This document shows positions 40,187 through 49,023 of a stretch of DNA of 54,514 nucleotides, one piece after another (within the stretch, counting starts at the first letter, position 1; each line of letters starts with the position of its first letter). The stretch spans positions 1 to 54,514 of the forward strand of contig JBDHHQ010000054.1 of NCBI GenBank assembly GCA_039589315.1, read 5' to 3'. The notes under the pieces are model-generated. The model worked only from the letters and a program-made list of their open reading frames with translations. It searched no databases and was not told the origin of the DNA. The translations under genes and the position numbers were made by a program. Origin of the DNA: Gemmatimonadota bacterium. Lineage in GTDB: Bacteria; Gemmatimonadota; Gemmatimonadetes; Longimicrobiales; Gaopeijiaceae.

Positions 40187-41968
40187 ATGTCCAAAGAGAA
40201 GCTCAGCCCCGCCCGAACCGTCGGCTTCCTGAGGCGGCTCGCCCCCCGGGTCCGGCCCTACCGCGGAGCCCTCGTGGTAGCGGGGGTGCTGATTCTGCTC
40301 AGCTCCGGGGTGGGCCTGATCTTTCCCCTGATCGTCCGGGAGCTCCTGGACGCCGCCTTCCTGGCCGGAGATGGAGGGCTGTTGAACCGCATCGCCCTGG
40401 GGCTGCTGTCGCTCTTCGTGCTCCAGTCGTTCCTCAACTTCTCCCAGAGCTACCTCACGGCAGCAACGGCCGAGCGGGTAGCTGCCGATCTCCGGAAGGA
40501 CCTCTTCGGGGCGCTCATCCGGCAGCCACCGGGCTTCTTCGCGGAGCGGCGGGTCGGGGAGCTGTCGTCACGCCTCGCCTCGGACACCGGTCTGATCCAG
40601 GGGGTGCTCCGCTTCGGCGTCCCCGAGCTCGTGCGGCAGGCGGTGTTCCTCGTGGGCGCCCTCGTCCTCGTCACCGTGACCCACCCTCGGCTGACCCTGG
40701 TCACGCTGACGGCCATTCCCATCGCGGCCCTCGTAGGGTGGCTCCTGGGCCGGCGGGTCCGTCGCCTCAGCACGGGGATCCAGGATCGGCTGGCGGCAGC
40801 GATCGCCCGGGCCGATCAGGTGTTTGCGCAGATCCGCACCGTCCAGAGCTTCACGCGCGAGCGGTGGGAGGTCCAGCTGTTCGACCATGAGGTGGACGCG
40901 ACCCGTGACGCGGGTCTGCAGCGGGCCGTTGCCCGGGCGAGCCTCACCGGAGCGGTCACCTTCGCGGCCTTTGCCGCCATCGTGCTCGTGTTGTGGGAGG
41001 GTGGGCGTCTGGTCCTGGCCGGGGCGCTCACGCCAGGGACGCTGGTGGCGTTCCTCCTGTACGCCGTCACCATCGCCGGCGCGATCACGTCGCTGGCCGG
41101 TTTCTGGGGGAATCTGCAGGAGGCCGCAGGAGCGGCGCGGCGGATCTTCGAGCTCCTGGATCACCCGGTGGAGCTGACCGATCCGGAACACTCGACGCCT
41201 CTGCCAACGCTCCTCACGGGCGAGGTGACCTTCGAGAACGTGACGTTCAGCTACGGTCCGGATCAGCCGACGGTGTTGGCGGGGATCGACCTGCAGCTCG
41301 CCCCCGGCGAGACAGTCGCCCTCGTAGGCAGCTCCGGCGCGGGCAAGACCACGCTCGCGGCGTTGCTACCCCGCTTCTACGACGTGGTGGGTGGACGAGT
41401 CGCGCTCGACGGCGTCGACGTGCGGGACGTCTCGCTGCGGGCGCTACGCTCCTGCATCGGGCTGGTGCCCCAGGAGCCGCTGCTCTTCGCCGGCACGGTC
41501 CGAGAGAACCTGGAGTACGGGAACCCGGGGGCCACGGACGCGGAGATCGAGGCCGCGGCGAAGGCGGCCCACGCGGACGAGTTCATCCAGCAATTCCCCG
41601 ACGCGTACGAGCAGCTCATCGGCGAGCGAGGGGTAACCGTGAGCGGTGGGCAGCGCCAACGCCTGGCCATCGCCCGGGTCATGCTGAAGCGACCCACGGT
41701 GTTGATTCTGGACGAAGCGTCGAGCAGCCTGGACGCCGAGAGCGAAGCGCTCGTGCAGGACGCTCTGGAGCGGCTGATGGCCGGGCGCACGACGCTCGTG
41801 ATCGCCCACCGCCTGTCGACGGTGCTTCGGGCCGACCGGATCCTGGTGCTGGAGGGTGGCGAGATCACCGACGAGGGGACGCACGGAGAGCTCCTGGAGC
41901 GGAGCGAGGTCTACCAGCGCCTCTATCGCCGCCAGTTCGAAGACGCGTTGGCGTCCCGGGGCGCGTGA
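40187..41968 (+). CDS. ABC exporter with fused permease and ATPase (MsbA-like)
   Basis: Six-TM domain plus GSSGAGKTT, VSGGQRQR, ILDEASS, IAHRLST. Confidence 0.95.
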   Translation: MSKEKLSPARTVGFLRRLAPRVRPYRGALVVAGVLILLSSGVGLIFPLIVRELLDAAFLAGDGGLLNRIALGLLSLFVLQSFLNFSQSYLTAATAERVAADLRKDLFGALIRQPPGFFAERRVGELSSRLASDTGLIQGVLRFGVPELVRQAVFLVGALVLVTVTHPRLTLVTLTAIPIAALVGWLLGRRVRRLSTGIQDRLAAAIARADQVFAQIRTVQSFTRERWEVQLFDHEVDATRDAGLQRAVARASLTGAVTFAAFAAIVLVLWEGGRLVLAGALTPGTLVAFLLYAVTIAGAITSLAGFWGNLQEAAGAARRIFELLDHPVELTDPEHSTPLPTLLTGEVTFENVTFSYGPDQPTVLAGIDLQLAPGETVALVGSSGAGKTTLAALLPRFYDVVGGRVALDGVDVRDVSLRALRSCIGLVPQEPLLFAGTVRENLEYGNPGATDAEIEAAAKAAHADEFIQQFPDAYEQLIGERGVTVSGGQRQRLAIARVMLKRPTVLILDEASSSLDAESEALVQDALERLMAGRTTLVIAHRLSTVLRADRILVLEGGEITDEGTHGELLERSEVYQRLYRRQFEDALASRGA

Positions 41969-41978
41969 GCGGCGTCGG

Positions 41979-43922
41979 CTAGGCCGGCCCCCCGGCCGTG
42001 GCGTGCTCCGCCGGCTCGGGCTGAGCGACCTCCGGAGTGGCGCTGCCCGTGCCCGGCGCAGCCCCGTCGGAGAAGTCCAGCACGCCCGCCTCCAGCCATC
42101 CATAGCGACCCTCGAGCACGCGCTTGGCGGTCCTGTACGTGGCCACGTCGTCGTTGGCAAAGATGGTGCGGAAGTTCTGCCGAATGCGCCTTCGGGCGTG
42201 GCGCGCGAACAGGTCGGCCAGCTCCACCGGCGTCAAGTCTGCCGGGTTCTCTCGCCTCAACATCTGCGCCCGCACGCACGCCGCGGTCAGGACGAACAGG
42301 TCGGCGCCGATGTCCACGATCCGCCCCAGAACCGCCTGACGCCGTTCCAGCCCGGCGCCGAAACGGATCATCGCGTAGAACAGGGCGCGGGCCAGCTTCC
42401 GGGACATCCGGTCGGCGAATCGAAGGTGTCCGGCCAGCGGGCCGAACTCCCCGTAGCGGGGCCACCGACCCCAGCCCAGCCACCGCGTCGGATACCACCA
42501 GGCGTAGTGCAGCCCGGCCTTCACCAGCCCAGAGAGCCGGGCATCCAAGGGAGCACGGGGGTCCACCAGGGCACCCGCAACGCTCAGGTGTGCATCCACC
42601 GCCTCCCTGGCGATGAACAACCGCATGATCTCGCTGGAACCCTCGAAGATCAGGTTGATCCGCATGTCGCGGAACGCCCGCTCGATGGGGTACGGGGTCT
42701 CGCCCCGGGCCCGGAGCGAGTCGGCCGTCTCGTACCCACGGCCGCCCCGCACCTGGAGCGCTTCGTCGATGGTGTCCCATCCGGTCTCGCTGTGCCACAG
42801 CTTGGCGATGGCGGCTTCCAGCCGGATATCGAACCTCTTCCGGTCCGCCATGATGGAGGTGAGCTCGACCACCGCCTCCATGGCGAACGTGTCGGCCGCC
42901 ATCTTGCCGATCTTCTGGGCGATGGCGTCGTGACGTCCGACCGGCGCGCCCCACTGAACACGCTGGGAGGCCCAGTCCCGGCACATGGCCAGCGCGCCCT
43001 TGGTGGCCGCGAGACAGAAGGCGGGCAGGGAGAGCCGCCCGGTGTTGAGAGTGATCAGCGCCAGCTTGAGGCCCTTCCCCTCACCCCAGAGGACGTTCTC
43101 CTTCGGCACGCGGACGTCCTTGAAGGTCACCACGCCGTTCGAGATGGCCTTCAGACCCATGAACTCGCACACGTGGTCGATCTCCACGCCCTCCCAGGCG
43201 GTCTCGACGATGAACGCCGTGATCGGCCGCTTGCCCTTCACGCCGTCGCGGGCGGGCGTGCGGGCCATGACCACCATGATCTCGGAGCGGGGGCCGTTGG
43301 TGCACCAGAGCTTCTCGCCGTTGAGGATCCAGGCGTCTCCGTCCTCCGTGAGCTCGGCGGTCGTCGACATGTTGGCCGGGTCCGACCCTACCTCCGGCTC
43401 GGTGAGGGCGAAGGCGGAGATGGCGCCCGCGGCCAAACGCGGCAAGTAGGCCCGCTTCTGCTCTTCGGTGCCGAAGTAGACGAGGGGCTGGGGCACACCG
43501 ATGGACTGATGGGCGGAGAGGAACGCGCCGGAGGCCGAGCAGCGGCTCGACACGATCATGAGCGCACGGTTGTAGCTGAGCTGGGAGAGACCCAGACCGC
43601 CGTACTCGCGGGGGATCTTGATGCCGAAGGCGCCCAACTCGGCGAGCCCGTCCAGGACCTCCTGAGGCACCCAACCGTTCCGGTCGTTGGCGTCTCCGTC
43701 CACGTTCTGCTCGACGAACGCCTCGAGCCGCGTCAGGAATCCCTGGGCGCGCTGCTGCTCCTCCGGGTCCGGCGCGGGGTGCGGATGGATCAGGTCGAGC
43801 GAGAGCCGGCCGTCCCAGATTCCGCGGGCGAAGCTCCGCTGAGACCACTCCGTCTCACGGGCCGCCTCAGCGACTTCACGGGACTCGAGCGCGGACGCGG
43901 GCTGGTTTCCGGGGTTCGCCAT
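41979..43922 (-). CDS. Acyl-CoA dehydrogenase (VLCAD/ACAD9-like)
   Basis: AFALTEPEVGSD, LNGEKLWCTNG, LNTGR, GGRGY, RINLIFEGSSEIM. Confidence 0.95.
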   Translation of the reverse strand: MANPGNQPASALESREVAEAARETEWSQRSFARGIWDGRLSLDLIHPHPAPDPEEQQRAQGFLTRLEAFVEQNVDGDANDRNGWVPQEVLDGLAELGAFGIKIPREYGGLGLSQLSYNRALMIVSSRCSASGAFLSAHQSIGVPQPLVYFGTEEQKRAYLPRLAAGAISAFALTEPEVGSDPANMSTTAELTEDGDAWILNGEKLWCTNGPRSEIMVVMARTPARDGVKGKRPITAFIVETAWEGVEIDHVCEFMGLKAISNGVVTFKDVRVPKENVLWGEGKGLKLALITLNTGRLSLPAFCLAATKGALAMCRDWASQRVQWGAPVGRHDAIAQKIGKMAADTFAMEAVVELTSIMADRKRFDIRLEAAIAKLWHSETGWDTIDEALQVRGGRGYETADSLRARGETPYPIERAFRDMRINLIFEGSSEIMRLFIAREAVDAHLSVAGALVDPRAPLDARLSGLVKAGLHYAWWYPTRWLGWGRWPRYGEFGPLAGHLRFADRMSRKLARALFYAMIRFGAGLERRQAVLGRIVDIGADLFVLTAACVRAQMLRRENPADLTPVELADLFARHARRRIRQNFRTIFANDDVATYRTAKRVLEGRYGWLEAGVLDFSDGAAPGTGSATPEVAQPEPAEHATAGGPA

Positions 43923-43957
43923 GATGTCTCTCCTTGTGCCAGAGCCCAGATTGGACT

Positions 43958-45244
43958 CTACCCGCCTCGTTCCGCAGGGTTGCGGCTCGGAGCGGCGGTC
44001 GCGGCGCCCTGGGAGACGGCCGACAGCTCAGGCTGGAAGAACCGTTCGATCTCGTCGGCCCGCGCTTCGGCGTCCGCCTCGCCGATCTCGATGAGGCGCG
44101 ACAGGTAATCCGGCTGGAAGAGGATGAGGCTGAGGGCGTCCGGGCTCCGTGTCTCCTTGGTGCCCAGTCCTCGCGTGAGGAACCGGAACGCCTTGGGCAG
44201 CTGGGGCTCGTACTCGTTGGCCAGGACCCCCAGATCCACCGAGGGACGGAGCACCAGCAGATCCACGTGCCGGAGGCCGTCTCGCTGATCGTTGGGCAGC
44301 CGGTCCAGCAATCGGTTCAGCCGTTCGAGGCGGTACGCGTCCTGATCCAGCAGGTCCAGGAAGACCGAGTTCATGAGGACTCCGGCGACCTGGGCGGGCG
44401 GCGGGTAGCCCGCCACGAGGGGCCGAGCCGCCTCGCTGTGGCTGCGGACGTACCGCGTCGAGATCGCCAGGATCCGTCGGGCGCCGAGGTGCAGGGCCGG
44501 CGAGAGCGGCGCGGCCAGTCGGATGCCGCCGTCTCCGTACCACTTGTCGCCGATCTTGACGGCAGGGAAGAACAGCGGCAGCGCGGCCGACGCCATGACA
44601 TGGTCGATGGTCAGCGTCGTCTTCACGGAGCGGCGCAGCGGCCGCTCCCACTCCCGGATGTCATCGCCCTGGACCCAGGTGATGGACTGACCCGTGCTGT
44701 AGCTCGAGGTGCTCAACGCCACGGCCTTGAGCCGGCCCCGGGCCAGGCGGTAGTTGACGCCGGTGAGCTCACCATCGACGGAGTGGAGCGTTTCTCGCAG
44801 GAAGCTGCGTAGCGGGCTCGTGTCCACGAAACCCTTGACCCGGGGCGGTCCTCCGTGGCCTCCGGACGCGAGCTGGCCGAGCCACCGGACGGCGTTCCAG
44901 CCCAGGGACCCGGCATCCACGCGGAACACGTCCCCTACGGTGAGGTTCGACCAGAGGCCGGCGAGCTCTTCCACCATCTGCTGGAAGGTCCCATGGTGGG
45001 ACGCCAGCAGAGCGGCGTTGATGGCGCCAGCGGAGACCCCCGTCACGATGGGGATCTCGAGGTCGGGGAGACGCCTGGCTATGCACCGCAGGAAACCGAT
45101 CTGATACGCGGCTCGGGCGCCGCCCCCAGTCATGACCAGCCCCAGGTCGGGCACGCCCTTCGGAAAGGCTTCCGCCGCGCTACCTGCTTCGTCTGTCGGC
45201 TCCGCGTGCATCTCGGCCGTGTTGATGAGGGGGGTCAACGCCAT
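43958..45244 (-). CDS. Patatin-like phospholipase
   Basis: GGGARAAY, GVSAG nucleophile elbow, ASAALP.FFP, DGG. Confidence 0.93.
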   Translation of the reverse strand: MALTPLINTAEMHAEPTDEAGSAAEAFPKGVPDLGLVMTGGGARAAYQIGFLRCIARRLPDLEIPIVTGVSAGAINAALLASHHGTFQQMVEELAGLWSNLTVGDVFRVDAGSLGWNAVRWLGQLASGGHGGPPRVKGFVDTSPLRSFLRETLHSVDGELTGVNYRLARGRLKAVALSTSSYSTGQSITWVQGDDIREWERPLRRSVKTTLTIDHVMASAALPLFFPAVKIGDKWYGDGGIRLAAPLSPALHLGARRILAISTRYVRSHSEAARPLVAGYPPPAQVAGVLMNSVFLDLLDQDAYRLERLNRLLDRLPNDQRDGLRHVDLLVLRPSVDLGVLANEYEPQLPKAFRFLTRGLGTKETRSPDALSLILFQPDYLSRLIEIGEADAEARADEIERFFQPELSAVSQGAATAAPSRNPAERGG

Positions 45245-45576
45245 CTCCTTCCGGCGGGTCGAATTGTCGAGCGCGGGTCCGCGGGCGTCAACCGACAGGC
45301 CCGTGCATGGGGTGCATCACCTCGCGCCGACCCGGCATCGCCCTGGACTCGCGCGACTGGATGATGGGCTCTTATCCTGCACGCGCACCCCCCACAGGGT
45401 GTGTCGTGCCGCTGCGATACAGAGGTCCTCGCGCTGCATCACGACCTCTGCATCACCACAGCCAGAGCTGGCTGGGAAAGGCGCCCGGGCGCGTAATGCG
45501 CCTCTCGAGATCAACACGCGATACGGTGACGCGGGTCCACGGCCCGCCCCCGGCGCGTGGCCGAGGAGTGGGTTCG

Positions 45577-48012
45577 ATGGAGTCGGACAGAGGTCCAGGA
45601 GGCGAACCGTCGCGGAGTGGCGCCGGTGGGGCGGACCCCCGCGACGGCAGGCTGGGCGGAGCCCTGCCGGGCGCGACCGTCCTGGCGGCGAGCCTCGCGC
45701 TGGGCGCCGTGTGGTTGAGCACCACCGGCTCGCCCCCACCGACTGTCTCGATGGCGGCATTCGCCCCACCGACCGCGGCGACCGCGGTGCAGCAACCGGG
45801 GCCCACGGTCGACGACTTCGTGGGGGCCGCGGTGTGCGGCGAGTGCCACGCCGACCAGCTCGCCGCGTGGCAGGGCTCCACCCATGGGCGGGCGGGGGGG
45901 CCTGCCGGCCCGGAGACGGTCATCGCGCCGTTCGACGGCACACCCATCGAGTTCGCGGACGCCACCGTGATCCCGGCTGTGTCCGAGGACGGCGTGTACA
46001 CCTTCACGGTGCGGCGGCCGGGCCGGGCCGAGGTCGGCTACACCGTGGATGGCGTGATCGGCCGCGGGCACATGGTGGGCGGTGGCACACAGGGGTTCGT
46101 GAGCCGCGTCCCCGACGGCACCGTGCGGTTCCTGCCCTTCGACTACAGCCGTCACGGCGACACCTGGTTCTGCAATACCGGGCGCGCCGCCGGGTGGTGG
46201 ACCTCGGGGGACGAGCGAGCGCGGCCCCGGACGGACGAGGGCTGGATCCCCGTGACCCCGGACCTGCGGCTCGCCGAGTGCGGGGATTGGCCTCCAGTCC
46301 GGGTCCTCGGGACCGACTTCCGCTTCGGCAACTGTCAGGACTGTCACGGCAGCCAGATCACGGTGGCCCTGGATCCGGTGGCCGGTCGCTACGAGACCCA
46401 TGTGGGCAGCCTGGCGATCAACTGCGAATCGTGTCACGGGCCGGGCCGGGCTCACGTAGAGCTCACCAGGACCGCCGACCTGGGTCTGGCCGACGACCTG
46501 GCGATCGCACAGCCCGCCCTCCTGGGGGAAGACGGGTCGCTGGAAGTCTGCTTCCAGTGCCACGCCCTCAAGCGAGCCCTGCAGGCCGAGTACCTTCCGG
46601 GCGACGACTTCGCGGCCCACTACTCCCTGCTCCTGCCTCAGCTCGGCAACCGGCCCTACTACCCGGACGGCCGGGTGCGGACCTTCGCCTATCAGCAGAA
46701 CCACCGGCAGAGCGCGTGCTACCTCGATGGCGCCATGACGTGCGTGGACTGCCACGACCCCCACGGCCTGGGTTACCGGGACGTGGCGGCGGAGCCACTG
46801 CCGGACCGCTTCGACGACGGGCAATGCGTGGACTGTCACGCCAGCAAGGCAAGCGAGCCGGCCGTCCACACCGGCCACCCGGCCGAGTCGGACGGCAGCC
46901 GGTGCGTGGCCTGCCACATGCCCTACCTGCAGCAGCCGGAGCTGGGTGAGCGGATCCGCTACGCCCGGTCCGATCACACCATTCCCCTGCCCAGGCCCGG
47001 CGCGGACGAGTCCATGGGCGTGCCGAGCGCGTGTGCCCTGTGCCACCAGGACCGGTCCGCCGACGAGCTGGCGGCCTGGACGCGGGACCAGTGGGGGGAG
47101 CTCAAGCCGCACGAGCCGGTCGAGGCGGCGTTGCTGGAGGCGGAGCGTTCGGGCGCCACGGCAATGGGCAAGCGAGAGGCGTTGGCACTTCTGCGACCGG
47201 AGGATCCAAACGCCATGCCGTTGGTGGCCGGTGTCAATCACCTCCTGGACGGCTACTTGCAGCCCGACATGTCCGAGCTGGATCCGGAGGTCGAGGTGGC
47301 GCTCCAGTCGCTGACGGACCATCCAGATCTGGACGTACGATCCGTGGCCCTGGTCGCCCTCCACGTCGCCCGGGGCGACGACCCGGACGTTCGCGAGTTC
47401 TTGAGCGACAAGGTCGAAACCCTGGGCGAGTCACAAGAGCCGGTCCTACGACGCTGGCTGACGGGGCTTCGCTTCATCGGCGACGGGTACCGACGGCGGG
47501 GCGATCCCGTAACCGCACTCCAGGTAGTCCGTAAGGGTCTGGAGATCGCGCCGACCGACGCCGGGGTGTTGCTGGACATGGGTGCGCTGTTCGACGCCGT
47601 AGGTGACGTGGCCGAGGCGGCGGCGTACTACCAACGCAGCCTGGAGGCCGATTGGACCCAATCGGTGGGGTGGGTGAACCTGGGGCAGGCGTTCGAAGCC
47701 GCGGGTGACCCCCTACAGGCCGAGCGGGCGTATGAGCAGGCGCTCGTGGTCTACTCCGGCGAGGCATTGGCGCACCTGAACCTCGGGAACCTCCGACTGG
47801 CAGCGGGGGAGTACAGCGCTGCAATCGAGCGGTACCGATACGCCCTGGAATCCGACGCAGGTCTGGCCGGGGGGTGGTTCAACCTGGCACTCGCCCATCT
47901 GGGTCTGGGGGAAGCCGGGCGGGCAGCCGCAGCGCTGAGGTCGGCCCTCGAGATCGACCCGCTGGATCAGGAGGCTCGAGACCTCCTGGCCCGTATCGAG
48001 GGTCAGCGCTGA
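45577..48012 (+). CDS. Multiheme c-type cytochrome (8 CxxCH) with C-terminal TPR repeats
   Basis: CGECH, CQDCH, CESCHGPG, CFQCH, CVDCHDPH, CVDCH, CVACHMP, CALCH, followed by TPR helices. GAGGAG RBS. Confidence 0.9.
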   Translation: MESDRGPGGEPSRSGAGGADPRDGRLGGALPGATVLAASLALGAVWLSTTGSPPPTVSMAAFAPPTAATAVQQPGPTVDDFVGAAVCGECHADQLAAWQGSTHGRAGGPAGPETVIAPFDGTPIEFADATVIPAVSEDGVYTFTVRRPGRAEVGYTVDGVIGRGHMVGGGTQGFVSRVPDGTVRFLPFDYSRHGDTWFCNTGRAAGWWTSGDERARPRTDEGWIPVTPDLRLAECGDWPPVRVLGTDFRFGNCQDCHGSQITVALDPVAGRYETHVGSLAINCESCHGPGRAHVELTRTADLGLADDLAIAQPALLGEDGSLEVCFQCHALKRALQAEYLPGDDFAAHYSLLLPQLGNRPYYPDGRVRTFAYQQNHRQSACYLDGAMTCVDCHDPHGLGYRDVAAEPLPDRFDDGQCVDCHASKASEPAVHTGHPAESDGSRCVACHMPYLQQPELGERIRYARSDHTIPLPRPGADESMGVPSACALCHQDRSADELAAWTRDQWGELKPHEPVEAALLEAERSGATAMGKREALALLRPEDPNAMPLVAGVNHLLDGYLQPDMSELDPEVEVALQSLTDHPDLDVRSVALVALHVARGDDPDVREFLSDKVETLGESQEPVLRRWLTGLRFIGDGYRRRGDPVTALQVVRKGLEIAPTDAGVLLDMGALFDAVGDVAEAAAYYQRSLEADWTQSVGWVNLGQAFEAAGDPLQAERAYEQALVVYSGEALAHLNLGNLRLAAGEYSAAIERYRYALESDAGLAGGWFNLALAHLGLGEAGRAAAALRSALEIDPLDQEARDLLARIEGQR

Positions 48013-48101
48013 GGCTCAACGGCTGCCACGCCCTGTGAGTCGCCGACCGGGCGGGCGAAGCAGGGACCCCGGGAACATCCTCTTGAACGAGATGTGATCG
48101 A

Positions 48102-48485
48102 GTGAAGAGAGAAATCGCCCTGGCGGCCGCTCTGGCCGCTGGTATGGTCGGCGTGCTCGCCGCGTGCAGCGACAGCCTCGTCGAGGGGGGGCGTCCCCTG
48201 ACCGTTTCCATCTCGGCCGACAAGACGCTGGCAGGGGTGGGGGACTCGGTGACGTACACGGCGGACGCCACCGGCAACAACCTCGTCGGCCTCGTCGTCG
48301 ACTTCGGCGACGGAACGGCGGACTCCACTGCGGCCTCCGGTGCCGTCACAGCCGGCGTCGTCCGCAGTCACGCCTACGGGGAGGCCGGTACCTACGTGGC
48401 CAAGGCCACCGCCGTCGACATCCAGGGAGTCGTGGTGGAGCAGTCGGACTCGGTGTCGGTGCAGATCGTCGAGGCGGGGGGCTAG
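48102..48485 (+). CDS. PKD-domain lipoprotein
   Basis: LAAC lipobox and VDFGDGT...HAY...GTY. Confidence 0.85.
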   Translation: MKREIALAAALAAGMVGVLAACSDSLVEGGRPLTVSISADKTLAGVGDSVTYTADATGNNLVGLVVDFGDGTADSTAASGAVTAGVVRSHAYGEAGTYVAKATAVDIQGVVVEQSDSVSVQIVEAGG

Positions 48486-48677
48486 GGCACGAAGCGCGTC
48501 CCGGTGCGACAACATCCGGGGTCGCGCTTCGATTGCCTGTCACGGGAGCGTCCGAGTAGACGTTTGTGCGGTGTGAGGGAAGGGGTGGATCCCGGTGCCT
48601 TCCGGGAGCTCCGGAAGGGCACCCCGGTCTTCTGAATTACGGGCAGTGCGTCGGCGGGGCACGCCTTCCCAAGGTTA

Positions 48678-48707
48678 TTGACACGATTGGTGTTGGCGTC
48701 GTACCGT
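48678..48707 (+). promoter_or_regulatory. Sigma70-type promoter upstream of the susC-like gene
   Basis: TTGACA-18-TACCGT, bracketed by the inverted repeat TTGAC...GTCAA. Confidence 0.55.
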
Positions 48708-49023
48708 CAACGCGACTCATAGACGATCGAAGCCTGTGCTCGGCGCTCCTCGTGGACGGAAGAGCGAGGGGTGGGTCTTTCTCCATTATGGACCCAGTCG
48801 AGCACACAAGGCCGGGCCCGGAGCTCAAGGGGGCCACGGCACTACTCGAGAACCGGGCGGTTGGGCAATGGAGGGAGGACTGAAATATCCGTACCCGATC
48901 GATCTCGTGCTGTCCCATCCTACCGGGGCCGGCGAATGGCCCACTTGCGGCTGTGGGCTTCGCTGCCCCGGCGCACCCGACCAACTCCTTTCGTTTCATC
49001 GTCCCACTAGAAGGAGCGGTTGT

